The notes below the pieces were generated by a model that was given only the letters and a program-made list of their open reading frames with translations, was not told where the DNA came from and searched no databases. The position numbers and the translations under genes are program-made. From the NCBI GenBank assembly GCA_010093705.1, contig MU006092.1, positions 1,196,350 to 1,260,349 of the forward strand: DNA of 64,000 bases, in the 5' to 3' direction. Below are positions 1 to 13,600 of the stretch, piece by piece (positions within the stretch are counted from its first letter, which is position 1; the number at the start of each line of letters is the position of its first letter). The DNA comes from Patellaria atrata CBS 101060. Its lineage: Eukaryota.

Positions 1-618
1 GGATTGCGGTGCTGCACTGCACTGTATAGTAAAATAAGGCCTCAATCTTAATCCTAGATTTTGTCTCAGCTAACTACATGAGTATAATGATAGCACGGCA
101 CATAACCGCTGATGTGCGCTTATTTTTTTATTTTTTTTTCATACCAATCGACTATTTGCGCCTTGCTTTTCACGTGGGTACTGAGAAGGAGAATGACTAA
201 AGTCTCCTGCAAAGAATTGTGTGGAGTGACCTTTTGAAATCCTGTTTCACACGCGTGCTTTTCTTTCTGTTTTCTCGCTCCTAATTGCGGCATATTCGCG
301 TGTGGCCGTTTATGCTTTGGCTGTTTCTATGATCTCGGGCTGGAGGGGGTTTCTGCTCGCAATGGCACTGTAGATACGGCTGCAGATGGAGATATGATGT
401 GGTTATTCGACGGAAACAGAAAATGTAGTGAGAGTGTGAGGTATAAAAGATATCTGAGAAGTAAAACGTGAGTATCAAAATGTTAACATCTCCCACCGAA
501 CACTAAGATCCGATGAGAACCGTGTGCCAGGTTTTACATAATGGCCGGAAATTTGAAAGATAGAAGAGGAAAGAATAGCTCTATAACCCTTAAAATACTA
601 TCTAAAAGAAAACAGAGC

Positions 619-675
619 AGGGTGCATGCGCAGTATTGTAGATAATGCAATACAATGGATTAAAAAAAAAAAAGA
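619..675 (+). mobile_element. Extremely 5'-truncated LINE (Tad1-like) insertion, 3' tail only
   Basis: TGCATGCGCAGTATTGTAGATAATGCAATACAATGG + poly(A) nearly identical to the LINE 3' end at ~27356-27403; flanked by AAAAGAAAACAGAGC (604-618) and AAAAGAAACCAGAGC (676-690), a 15-bp TSD with 1 mismatch. Confidence 0.75.
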
Positions 676-1219
676 AAAAGAAACCAGAGCCACGAATGGT
701 ATAGGGGGGTTAGTCCTCAGTACATACCAAGTTGAAATCTAGGACTATAGATAAGATTAGATTCCGTGTACTCCGTACCGGAGTAGTGGCTAATCCTGGC
801 ACGGATGACAAGGGATTTTCCTAAAGCGACACTTACATTGGTTTCTATTCGAATTAGCGTTGACAGTGCAGCCCATATCAATCCTTGTAACTAACATATT
901 TATTATAATCATTCCAGAGCCGAACATGCTCTTGAAGTAGTACAAATAAGAGCTGCAAAGGCTTGCATATGCTCCGTACGGTTGGGTGGATAAGGTTAAA
1001 TGGTGTAGAGTTGTCTCCGTCCTTGAGAATGCTGTGCAATGCACGGAGAATAAAGTGGGTTAAATCAGTTATGTTCAACCTTGCCAACAGGGTGATTTGT
1101 GGGTTGAGACTTGGAACTAAGATACGTTATGTGTAAGTTGAATCGTCGGCTGCAAGCTCGTCGTTGAGATCTATCTTATCAAGGTACATTGGTCTCGTCT
1201 TTCTATATGTCAATGCTTA

Positions 1220-2638
1220 ATGGATCTTTCGAACTTACCGGTTCAACCTCCTCCGCCAGGGAAACAATCCAACTTCGATAACCCCACAGACACGCTAGCA
1301 CCAACTCTCATCGTGGTGAATGGCGTTTTCGTAAGCTTAGCCTTCGTTACTATAGCGGTTAGAATCATCTCGAGGATGTTCATTTCAAGGCAGAAATTCG
1401 CATGGGACGATGGTGAGCTCAGTTGAGATCTCAAGATGTCAACGCTAATAATCTACGGAAAGGCTTATGAGTGACTGCAATGGTATGGCGAAATTTTCGA
1501 TCGAATATCCCCTTGTTAACCTGCTATCGTCCAGGTGGGCTCAATCGTGTATGCGGCTATCATTATCGACAGTAGGGAAGTTATGATCGTTATTCAAGAC
1601 TAGGTTGCTTATGAGTAAAAGATACGATATTTGGCTACGGCCGACACTTTTGGGATATCCGTGCGATCAGCCTAACTTCATCAAAAGTTTGGGTCAGTCC
1701 TCACCTTTGGCCAATAGCACTACTGTCCTTGAACTGATTCCCTGGCCGAAGCAATTAGGTTCGGTTGATATAGTTTACAGTATCGTAATCTACATCATCA
1801 AGATGTCTCTTCTCTTTCAGTACTGGAGACTTTTCAGCATTTACTCCTCGTCGCGAAGAATGATACATGGCGGGATTGTGCTTTGCACAATGATAATGTT
1901 GCCTTGTACTGCTGTTTCTCTTTCTCGGGTAATAATCTGTTCTAATTTCAAGGTGACTCCGAAATACTTCGAATTCTGTAAACTCGGGCCAGACAACACC
2001 TTAATGCCAATCTTTTCAGCAGTAAATATGATCAACGATTTCTATATCCTCGGAATCGCACTCCTCCGTGTGCGAAGACTTCGGGTTGATAAGCGGTCAA
2101 GATTAAGTATGGTAGCTGTATTCATCGTGGGCTTTGGGTAAGCTGGCGTCTAATCTTAAGTGATACCACTGCTAATATGCATAGGGCTTGTATAGTAAGC
2201 ATGGTCCGTCTGATATATCTTGGCTTAAATTTCGACAATTCAGTGATCTTATATGGGGGAGCATCGACTTCCATCTTCACGTACGTAATGGTCATTTTTC
2301 TTGTTTCGATTGGGTACCTGAAAAAATCGGCTAGTACTCTCGAGATGAATCTTGCTATCATCTGCAGCTGCTCCATCTCCTTTCCTGCGTTCTATCGCCG
2401 CGGAAAAACCGCTGTGCGACAGATCATCAGCAAGATCTGTTGGTAATTTGATCCAAGAAGCAGTCCGTCTAAGTCGAAGACTGGTAACGATTTCGCTCGC
2501 AATGCTTATGGTATCCTTCCTCTGCGTTCTTTGGACCGGCCACAAAATAATTCGGAGTCATCACGTCAAACCGCCGAGAAGCCTCCTCATATATCAACCT
2601 TGAACATGACAAGGGCGACAATGGATGTTAAAGTGTAA
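1220..2638 (+). pseudogene. Pth11-like (fungal rhodopsin-domain) integral membrane protein, probably disrupted
   Basis: Motifs PPPPGKQSNFDNP, WDD, GYGRHFWDI, IKMSLLFQYWRLF, NMINDFYIL and LEMNLAIICSC across several GT-AG introns. My splicing gives an in-frame TGA at 1468-1470 and a TAA at 2444-2446, after which the frame stays open to 2638. Confidence 0.7.
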
Positions 2639-2730
2639 TTCTAAGAGTTAAAATTAGAATAAAGAATATATGCTTGTCTTCCTTTTTGCTCAAGTGGTTT
2701 CTATGATCTCAGGCTGGGGTAAGCTTTCTG

Positions 2731-2903
2731 TGTCAAGGCTCAACCTCAGATGGAAGTTGCAAGATATATTGCTACATGTACATGAAGCTTAAACTTAAGG
2801 AAAGAAAGTGTTGAGACAGCATATGCTGTTCTGCTAAAGTACAGTATGACTAAGCCGCTGGATCATCCAAGGCATTTATACCTATCGGCTCTAACCCGTG
2901 ACA
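2731..2903 (-). mobile_element. Solo LTR, copy 1 (173 bp, TGTCA...TGACA)
   Basis: Reverse complement of 5014-5186 with about 10 differences by eye, mostly transitions; TG...CA termini; flanks TTCTG / GAAAC. Confidence 0.85.
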
Positions 2904-5013
2904 GAAACACAGGTCCAAAAATTAGATGGCACACAGTGAATATCAAATAGTACTTTTTATTTGAAAGATTTAACTAGAATTACTCAAATATGGCTTTTAG
3001 ATGTGGGGATAGTTCTAATCTGGAATGCATATAAATACTGCAATCCTGAAACTCGGTAACTTTTGAGCGGAATGTTACCATAACAATCATAACGTACAAG
3101 AGTACTGGTATGATCAAAATCTCAAACTAGAATTTGAAGGCTATGGGTTTGGTAGAGATTGGACTCGAGAGTATATCTAGTATGAGACGCACGCACAAGC
3201 ACATTCGCGGTTTTCGTTACTCGTCAGTGCTGTATCTAATCGTCATATGAGATGCATTCCGCTTAAAACAGTAACAATGTAAGCACACCATGAGTAGGTG
3301 AAGTTACTAACTCCGGAAATATGGGCCAGTCAATCGAAACTGGCTCGGATAACGGAACTGGTACCGGAGGGGTCGGTTTTGGTCCAATTATCTTTCAGAA
3401 GATAAGCTTAATATTTTGGTATAGCAATTATTGTGCTGATAGAAAGCTATTTATTATGCAGATCCTGGCGAGGAGGAAGCGGTAAGCGTGTTGATGCTAT
3501 CCATGCCTGGGAAGGGGATAAAGAGATGGGCGACCCAATTCGATTGAATAGATGGATAGAATGCCCTACCGTGAACCGCAGGTCCGTAGAGGAATGGCTA
3601 AAATCAGTGGATTAGCCTTCTTCAGATAATTTAGAATATTTCTGCTTGTCCCATTAGCTATACCCGATCTGATAAGGCGCAACTCTGATTCACTTAGGCA
3701 TACCTCTCCTAGTCCTAAAAACCTTGATATTACTGAGGTTATTGTATGATCAGTCAATTCCTTCGGATACGGGGTGCTCTATCCAAAAGCCACAATAATA
3801 TTCTAGCCAGGTAGAGCAGGGAATACTAGAGACTTCAGTGCCTATATACATAGGTAGAACGAGAACATCATACACGAGAAGATTTCGAAGCTTTGAGGAC
3901 TTGAGAATGGCATCCATGATATCAAATTTCTGAGTAGAACTTAGTAAACAGGTATTAAACCTTAACGATGAACATGACAGCTTACTACTGCCACCAGGCC
4001 TTTTCATCATGCTTCTCCCAGTTCAATTTGGTCTTGATGGATAGAACCTCAAGATCAGGACATAACTGTACAAGTCAAGGATTCGCGGCCCAGCTACCAT
4101 CGCTTCTACCTTTCCTCCCCTTAGTCTTATTATATGGAGACAAGGTCCATGCCGCAAGACGCTAGGCCAAAGCCCTTGCGGAGTAAAGAATGCATGTAGA
4201 CCATCTCTAAGTATAAATATACGGATCTCTTGTAAAGCGTTGATAGCAGCAAAAAAAATCGATCACCACATTTACAGACAAGAACTTATTATCGAGTGAT
4301 GTCATCCCGGACTTCGAAATTTCGAAGTTAAAGCTCAAAGACTTCAAAAACGGCACGCAACCGGTTAATTCAGAGAATAAGTGATGAGAGGTACGACCTA
4401 AGACATTCAAGCTTTCATAATTTGGTCCAGTCCATACAATTTTCGCACTGGACTATTCCTCGAAGGCTTCTAAGTTCAAAGTGTGAGATTTGTTCTTGGA
4501 ACTCCGTCTATCATGACTGCATATAGAGAAGGGCGTGAGTGGGTGACAAGGGCTTAGTGTTAAGGTTCAGCGCATTTATAGCTGTGCCTGAAGCAAACGA
4601 TTGGTCAAAAACGAAACATGTTGGGGCTCACCGGACCAATTTTTGATCTAGATCTAATCTCTTGGCAGGGGTTATTATCGGACTTCATTTCATCCTTCAC
4701 AAAGTTGTACCGGGTACAGTGCCAGTTTATATGATCCTAATATATTCGTCCACAGTCATAAGGAGTATATACAGGACAAGTAAGATAGAAACTAATACCC
4801 TTCCCAGAAGTCATACATCATACTCCAAATTACCTCTCCTACTTCCAATAGCAGCTTAACGGTCTGCAGTTGAGGAAGTAAACGCCATGTCTTCATGTTC
4901 AGCACCTTAGAACCCTTTCCTAGCTCACACTCTCACTTCGGTTCCTGTCTCCGTTGAGTAGACATGTTATATCTCCGTCTGCAGCCGTATCTATCATACA
5001 GTCACTCACAGAA

Positions 5014-5186
5014 TGTCACGGGTTAGACCCGATAGGTATAAATGCCTCGGATGATCCAGCGGCTTAGTCATACTGTACTTTAGCAGAACAGCATATACTG
5101 TCTCAACACTTTCTTTCCTTAAGTTTAAGCTTCATGTACATATAGCAATATACCTTTCAGCTTTCATCTGAAGTTGAGCCATGACA
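5014..5186 (+). mobile_element. Solo LTR, copy 2
   Basis: TGTCACGGG...CCATGACA, internal TATAAAT; flanks CAGAA / GTTTC. Confidence 0.85.
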
Positions 5187-8100
5187 GTTTCCACTTGAAT
5201 CTACTTTCCCTGACCAAGCCAGTTTGAACTCCCTCTCCATCCATCGTACTGCCATAGGCCAAGTTAAGAACCTCCAACAGAAAACATCGAAAAGATTTCT
5301 CAGAACCTTAACTAGTATCGCGCCCTACAGAGTAGAAACTAGGGACTCCAACAGTTCTAGGATCAATAGAGCATGATGGAAACCCTATCGTGATAGTAGC
5401 CGTAAAACCAATGCCGGGGAAAACGAGCCACTCCTGCTACCACTGCGGTCTTTGTCGACTTGAGAATTACCGATTATTATCGGAGTTCTGACACCGTTAT
5501 CGATGGATCGAGGGAGGCAAGGCGTTATAGAATTCTATGCTCTGCGTTGATCTGAATTGTGGTTTCGGGGGGCATACGTCGCCGGGAGTGAATCCTGGGT
5601 GTGGAATATTGCAGAGATCGTAGATTTAAAGTACCTCGGACTTGCATATTCTTATTTAACGGGGTGTTTTGGGTGGATTAGGGTGTGTGTTAGGCTTTGA
5701 TGTTGATGGAATGTTTTCTACGGTGGGAGGGATTTACTTGGAATATTTGGAGTTGGGATGAGGGGAAGAGAGGAGAGGGATGGTGATGTGGGATAGAACT
5801 TGTGGTCTTATGGAGATCGTTAATTCTTTGCATATTAGATGGGCTGGTCTTAAGCTAATAAACGTGAAGTCCACAAACACTGTACAAACGATGGAGATTA
5901 GAGATCTTGCGAGAACCCCTAGGCTGAATAACAACCGTCCAACTGTAATATCTGCCTTATCCCGGAGCTAGGTAGTCTCCAATATGTGACCCATGGGCCA
6001 TGGGAGGTGAACTGAAGTATCACCTGCGTATCTCCCCCTCCTCCCCCCCGCCCACCCCCCCAATAGTATTGATGTTACTGGTCTGGATTTTTAATTGACT
6101 GTCACGGTTCTTCTGAACATATGGATGATTTCGATGGCTTAGGTGGAGGGATAGAAGAGGTTGTGGGGATGGACGGTGCGTTGATGCTTGATACCATGAC
6201 ATGCGTTTCATGGTAAGTGGGTACGGGGAATTAACGATGGGCAAGCACAAGCTAACAACAAACAAACACTTCCATCAGGTAGACATGGATTGATGAAGGC
6301 AAATGGTATCAAGCGAAGTAAATTAAGTCACGACATTACTATGAGCGTAGCATGGGGGATCACAAAAATAGAGTCAAGTAAGCGTCATGAAAGAACAAAA
6401 TGGGGAACACTCTTCATTATCCATCAAAACCGCTCTAGTAACACTGAATGAGGATTCATCCACCACAATCTACCAAAACCATGTAGCAATAACCAGATCA
6501 GCCCATCCACGCTTTCCCCAAGTAGTTTCCATCAAATCACTTATCCATCATCCATAACATCGTGAAGAACTTGACGTCGTCCCTTAAAATTCCAACCCGC
6601 GTAAGACAATGTGTCGGGAATTGTTGTGCCGTAGAGGTGATGACTGAAAATTATAGTGAGGAATTGTTGTGCTGTTGAGTAGATGATTGAAATGCTTATT
6701 GAGGAATTGACGCCACATCCAGCTGCAATTTGACAAGGAGGTAGAGGGTTGTCGTAAGGACCGTTAAAGAGAAAATGGATTGTTGCTCGCATCTGCAGGA
6801 AGCAAATGTGGCCTGGTTATAGCCAGGCTGAACCGGGCCGTAACTTGGAGCTTGATACCCAGTGTTCTCCGCTGGAGTATAGGTTCATAGGTTGATGCTG
6901 TTTCAGCTGAGCAGCTCCACACCTGCTGCTACTGTACTGGTCTATCGGGCACGCTGTTCCTTGATATCTAGTGTTGTGGCTGAACGCTGGAGTTGGCATC
7001 TGTACGGGATAGTTCGTATTTTCGACATTTGAAATCCTGTCGTGGAACCCGCGGAATAAGCAGGTGTCTGGATAGTAGACATTGGTGTACGACGCCAATT
7101 GTAGCTGATCAGTGGGGATAATCTGATAAAAAAGAAGGGGAGACTGAGGCAAGAGACGAAGAGCGGATTCTTATACCTCTGTGGACCACGCTAGAGAGCA
7201 AGCGAGATCAAGTGAATGAAACAAGCTTGTTTTGGAAGCGAATTAAGCTTGCTAAGATGATAATGGCTAGGTTTAGAATGCTGATTGGGCGATAGGTAGG
7301 TTTGGGGGCATTGAGGGTGATCTAGGGGGCGGCATAGAGATCTGAGAGGCTAAGGAGCTCTTGGGGACTTGCAACGACGTTGTAGAAACAACGAAGCTAC
7401 TGCAGGATCCAGAAATAGGTTGAATAGATTCCTTTGGTTCTACACAGTATCCTGGAAGAGTATCAAGTGCCCCAGGCCCGTAGTCGAGGCACGCTGGCCA
7501 TGTGTTGCTCAAGTTGTGCTGGTGGGTCGCCTGGTTGATATCACAGCTTCAAGCCAGGTTGCTGGCCTAACGCAGCCATCAAAGCAATTGGGATACTTAA
7601 GACGGGGAGACAGACAGGATAGAGAGGAGTAACTTCTTTAGATTCAGATATGACTATATTCTATCCCGTTAGCCACGAGTAAGTGTCTGAGAGACAATGA
7701 TGCACTACGAATGATGCCACTCCACCATGCCTGGTGAGGGACACAGCAGTACCAACCTATCATAGAGATGTTAGCCCTATATTTATCATAGGAGATTATT
7801 GACAGACCTTTACTTGAAGACAGCGATGTGCAGGGCCATGCCATACTGGCCTGTAGGGATATCTGTACTCTCTACCCAAGAGCATACTATCAACCAGCAG
7901 GCTCTGCTCTCCAAGTTTCCTGCTACATCATGTCCCTCTATATATCTTTCCTCTTATAAGAGTAATCACGAAAATCGAACTGTATTATCGTAACCGTCCC
8001 GGGGCGGCTAGAGTCTCCAGCGGTCGCAAGCGTTCCTACACCCCTTGAAGCACCTTCCCACTCCATATCTCCTTATGGGAATAGGATAAACTACATATTT

Positions 8101-8898
8101 CCACGTTAAAGAGCATTATTACTTTTCTACAGAGGTAACAATCCTGCTGCTCTTAAGACCGCAGGTTTGCTATGACGTTGCGGGTGTCTAGGATTGCCTA
8201 TTATTCCGCTTGCCCTACCGAAACTGCCAATCGTCAACTTAACACCCACAACATCGCGAACAGTCAATGATCACAACCAACTGGGAGCCACAGGCATTGG
8301 ATATTTGTATTTTGGAAGAGAGAACTTACTTCATATCTGTTTCAGTGTCTGCAACTTCTATAATGACGCGACCTGGAAAATCCTCTTTCGTCACATCCTC
8401 TCCACATCACCACAGCAACCGGCAGTGTTCCACTTCCGCCAACTATACTTTCCTGATGAAACAAATGGGAGGGAGAGAAGACAGACGCGGATCTTATTCT
8501 GCAAATCATGGCGAGAAGACTGCAAGTCTGGATACCCACCTCTCAGCACCGGGAGATGACAGCCCACCTCCGGCACTGAAAGTCCACTGCAACGTTCCTT
8601 GAGACGTCTAGGTGGGTATATAGAGGAAAGTATACCTGACGAGACGAGGCAACTTACACAGTCAACTAGGAATACAATGTGGAGCAGCCTCTCCTTAACC
8701 TCTTGGTACAACGGAGAGCTGACCTTTCCACCCTTCTCCGCGGTGGCGAAAAGACGACGCACCCCCTTGTCTAGGGAAGAGACAAGTGAAGCATATAGAA
8801 AAGCACATAAATACTGAAAGGGGATACTTAGCAGACACCCACAGATCACTACACTGAAGCATCCTTTTCGATAGGCCCGCATCTCTGGCGAACAAGAC

Positions 8899-9178
8899 TG
8901 TCACGGGTTAGACCCGATAGGTATAAGTGCCTTGGATGATCCAGCGGCTTAGCTATGCTATACTTAAATAGAACAACTTACGTTGTTCTGGCACTTTCTC
9001 TTACATTCTTTCCTTAAGTTTAAGCCCCATGCATGATCCAGTAGCTTAGTCATGTTGTACTTTAATAGAACAGCTCACGCTGTTCTGATACTCTCTTTTA
9101 CTTTCTTTCCTTAAGTTTAAGCTTCATGTACATACAGCAATATACCTTTCAGCTCTCACCTGAGGTTGAGCCTTGACA
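8899..9178 (+). mobile_element. Solo LTR, copy 3, with internal ~95-bp tandem duplication
   Basis: Same family as copies 1 and 2; perfect 5-bp TSD AAGAC at 8894-8898 and 9179-9183; block ATGATCCAG...AAGTTTAAGC occurs twice (~8936-9030 and ~9032-9125). Confidence 0.9.
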
Positions 9179-10652
9179 AAGACGGTCTCAACCTCCGAAA
9201 TGAGGACACTACCTTTATCTTTTGTAGAACAGCTGGCAAACCACACAAAGGGGTATATATTAATAAAAGGAAAAGACTTAGAAAGATCAGAGTAAGACAA
9301 TGTGAACAGTGCTCTGAACACTTGTAGCTTCATGGAGAACAACCCCGGCGGGGAGGATACCCACCTCCAAGCCTCGTGAAATGGGAAAGAGAATACACGA
9401 AGAAGTATACGACTGAAGAGTAAAGATACTCACATCGATTATAGCTATCGACATCTCAAACTCCTTACTCATTTCTGGACCTCTGGACCGCGGTTTCCAT
9501 ATCATATATCTTAGGGTCTTCGTTTCCGAAGTTGATACGCCTTCTCTACCTTGAAAGAGACACTGGGACACACTGAGAAAGAGAGCACTGGACGAAACTG
9601 AGAGACTTATGGAAGTCCACAGTCCATGGATGAGACCAAGGTAGCGTTCCTTCTGGTTTTAGCAGCAGTAGGGCTCCATCTTTCCGGTGGACTAGCAGAG
9701 ATCATACAGATATAACGCATTATTGTCCTCGGTAGGCGTCATGGGTTGGATCTGACACTCACTTACTATTACGGCCTCGGATACCTCACGAACTTAAAAC
9801 GAGCATGCAAAAGAGAACATTTGTGAAGGAAATGAACAATAATGGAATTACGGAACATAGAGACAGCTATGATGGAGCTGACCCCAGTTGTTCTATTCAA
9901 TTGTTATGGAGGTAGAAACCGCTTGGAAAATGGTTTTACTGGACAGGGGGACCAATGGAAGGCCTTGCCACATGTCCTTTCGTCTATATAACCGGCGATG
10001 AGTTAACCTGAAAGCGGTCCTTAGGTATTCGGATTTGATCTGCTACCTCCAACAGCAAGATTGCAAATACAACATAAGCAAACTGTTTGGTCAGACGCAT
10101 ATGGAACAACTTACATGGCAGTAGTAAAGTATCATAACTCCCAATCCTTAACCCCTCACCGATATTACACCTTCGTCCTTCCCGCCCACCAGACCTCCTT
10201 CAACACAACCGCAAACTTCATATAAGGTAGTCGGAAAGAAAAGATTTGTACGAATCGTCAATTCTCATTAGCATGATATCATCAAGTCTGCATGCTAGCT
10301 ACTGAGCCGTAAGACAGCTCCATCCATCTCAATAGGGATGAGTCAAGATTAGAAAAAGAAGCCCGCTAGCTGTACCGGTAAGAGGGGTATATTGTGCAGA
10401 AAACGCTTTTAGGGGTATTAAAAAGAAAGAGAGAATGTTGAACAAAGTAGAACGGATGGAAGATCAGGGATAGATAAAAAGCCAGAAGCGCTCAGTGTAG
10501 AAAAAGGGGGAGGACGCCTTTCCCATGTTGCCTACGCCGTCGCTATGTCATCCCTGTACAATTGTACCAGGGGATCCGAAACCGTCTAGCAGCCTAGTGA
10601 ACCGAAACTCCGGGAAATGCTGAGTCAGGGACGGTAAATCCCTCGCCGAAAA

Positions 10653-13600
10653 TCACATCATAACACACTTAAACGCTCCCTTCTTCTCCTTGCCGTTTCC
10701 GGACTGCTGAGTCTCGAGGAGGGGATCCAGAGGCAGATGTGCCGAGGATCTGATCATGTTTCGCCTCTCCTGGGAACTCATGGTTCCGACGCTCCGGATG
10801 GTATCAAGCCTTGATACACCCATGTGCGTGTTGCGGGATCTCCTGAGCCTGGTACGGTCTCTGCTGTTCCGTGGCGCAAAGCGGTCCGAGCTGGGCGCAC
10901 GTCGGCCAGCTCTCTCCCCGGCCGGGGTGGCACGGGACGGCCTGTCGCCGCCAGGTGTCCGACGCGAGGGCCTTTCCCTATTATGTACGCCTGAGGAAGG
11001 TCTGTCCCCGCTGGGAGTGCTCGCTGAGGTCCTCTCTCCGCTGGGCATGGGAGCAACGGTTTGATCTACGCTCTGGCTCCTACGTCTAGGAGCCCAGCCA
11101 GGAATCTCCAAGCTGCCGGTGGAGAGGCTTGCCCTCACATTTGACCATATGCCAGCGAGACCTCTTTCGGGTGGAGGTGGAGGAGCCGGCGAACTTGGGC
11201 GACGATAGCGAATACTTCCCTGTGGGAAGGTTAAGCTGCTTTGGAGCTCTCGAAGCACCTCGTCTGCAGTGCGGTAATCGAGTGGCGTACCCGGAGAGCT
11301 GCTTGATTGCGTCGCCGTAGAAGTGCTCGGGATAGACGGCTGGGCTGGCCGTGTACCGAAAAAGGGGGCGTCGTGCTCTCCAAAACCGTTGCGCAAAGAG
11401 TACCGCGGAGTTTGCGGGACCCGGGGGTTCGCCAATATAGGAAGGGGGTCCTCACCGGGGCGGATTCTCTGTAGACGTGCTCGCGAATCCGGTGCAGTAA
11501 TTGGAGGAGGGGGGGATTCTGGCACGCGGGTAGCATGTGGTGGTATGACACCTTGGGTTGGGTGACTAGAGGTGCTGTTACGCACGAGAATGTCTGGGAT
11601 GTACCAACGGGCTGGCTCTGGTAATTGTGGGAAAGACTCATACGTATGCGCAGCATTTGGCGCTCCTGGAGCGTTTGGATTGGGCGTATATGGAGGAGGC
11701 GGGGCTACCCAGTTGTCTGCGTCACTCTCGTGCGGTATCTCGCGAAGTCCATCCGCGCGTCGGTACTCTAAAGGGCGGTCCGGTAGAGATAGAAGATGTC
11801 TCCTGTTGGCCGGAGCGCTGGCGGCAACTGTGGCAGCACGGGCAAGAGATGCAACAGGTCGTGGAGCCCCTTGGACATACGGCTCTTCAAGAGCCGCTTG
11901 CGCTTCATCAGACGTCAATGGATCCTCATCTGCTGGAGCTCGTGGTGCAGCTGCCGATCGACGAGGAACAAAGGTCATTGCTCTCACTAGGCTAGTACTT
12001 GATAGGGTCCTTGCATTTGTCCGTTGTTCTTGTGGCGAGGAGCGCCTGATCATTTCCCTATTCCTCTGTGCAACGGTACGCCTTCTCAGAAGTTCTACCT
12101 CTTGCTCGAAGCCAAGCCTTTCTGTTGGCAATTTCTCTCCAGGATGGTACTGGTCCAAGGGGATAAGAACCTTTTGGGTTGGTTCACGGGACTCTTCAGA
12201 CGTGAAATCAAAGTCAAAGATGACTAGCCTTGCGCTTACGCGGATAGAGACGGGTTGCGCGGTTTCATCTTCTGCAGCATGCCAAACTGCATTTCCAAGG
12301 ACCACCAAACGATCCAGACCATGTTCTTGGCCCTCGCTACCATATGATACCCAATTCATCGTTGTTATTTCTTGGCTTGTGCACAGCGGATCGAGATCAA
12401 TATGAAGTTGTGAACAGGCATGCCGAGGTAGGAGTCCAGCATGGTTTGCATCGGTCTCGGAGTAAGTACCACTGCCGTTTTCCCAGTCGTCAGGTAACCT
12501 ATACAGTATTATGTCCGTTCCATTGCCTGAATCGCTCTTTACCGCGACCGCTGCATGATAACAACGAGTTGAGACACATGGAATGACGTTTTCCAAAAAG
12601 GGACGGTTCTCTCGGGTGGGAACGGTCTCAATTGGCACAAAATCTTTATCTTCCTGGAACCTTTCCTTAACGGTCTCAAACACCCCCCAAGAATCCTCCA
12701 ATTGGTTCCACGCAAATAGCTCGCCTATCTGACTCGTTGTTGGGTCAGGAAGCATGCAAGCTTGAGATACGGATCTCAGCTCTTGAGGAAAAAGAACGTG
12801 AGATGTCCATGCCTTGTCCGTAGCTTGAACGAATCGTTCCCAATCTTCTGTGAATATATCTCTATCAACTTCATGGACCGAGATAAGAGCAGACGATTGC
12901 ATATTTCGTGCGGCGTTGGTGGCAAGAAATGTGCGTGAATCATCGGAAAATGTGATCTTATCAGGTCTAGGGCATAAGACGTGACGTTTGGCGGGTTCTT
13001 TAGCATCATCGGCTAATGATACAATCTCAACGCCGTGAGGATATCCTGCGGCCGCGACCAGAACGTCCGGAGATAGGGTAATCGTTGTACATTCGTTTTC
13101 GAGTGCGATCGTCGGACGCTTCGTGATCTTACCTCGTTCGTCAGACTTCAGGTCATATACGTCGAGCGAGTGCGGGTCGGTGAGGATTGCTAATATTCGG
13201 CCATCATCGGTGATGTCAACGGCAACGGGACGGCGGTCTGTCTGCAATAAGCGTAAAGAGACGACAGGAAGCTCTGGTCCATTTACGATGTAAATGTATG
13301 TCGATGAGAAGATTACAATGTTACCGCCTTTTCGAGATATCGCCAGGCCATATGATTCTGGGAGCGCGGATGAGGTTGCACTCTCCGAGAGAAGATCGAT
13401 AATTGTGGTTTTGACATGTGGATGAACGAGATTCCTGGTGGTTTCCTCTGCGGATCGCCTTCGGTCGAAAGAAAATCTAGATGTGGCAGTATGAGGAGTT
13501 TCCTCAGAAGAATCGGATGCAAGGCTTGGTGATATTGGCCGCGTCTGCTCGCGTCGTTCGGGGGCATCGGAGGTATCAACACTCTCAGAATGACACGACG

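Noticed and set aside
3600..4520. F-box/LRR-like fragments (e.g. LCPDLEVLSI) inside the inverted segment
   Set aside because: Too degenerate to support a call
10756..12586. Long plus-strand ORFs (up to 277 aa)
   Set aside because: Antisense shadows of the GC-rich 1002-aa gene; no recognisable motifs
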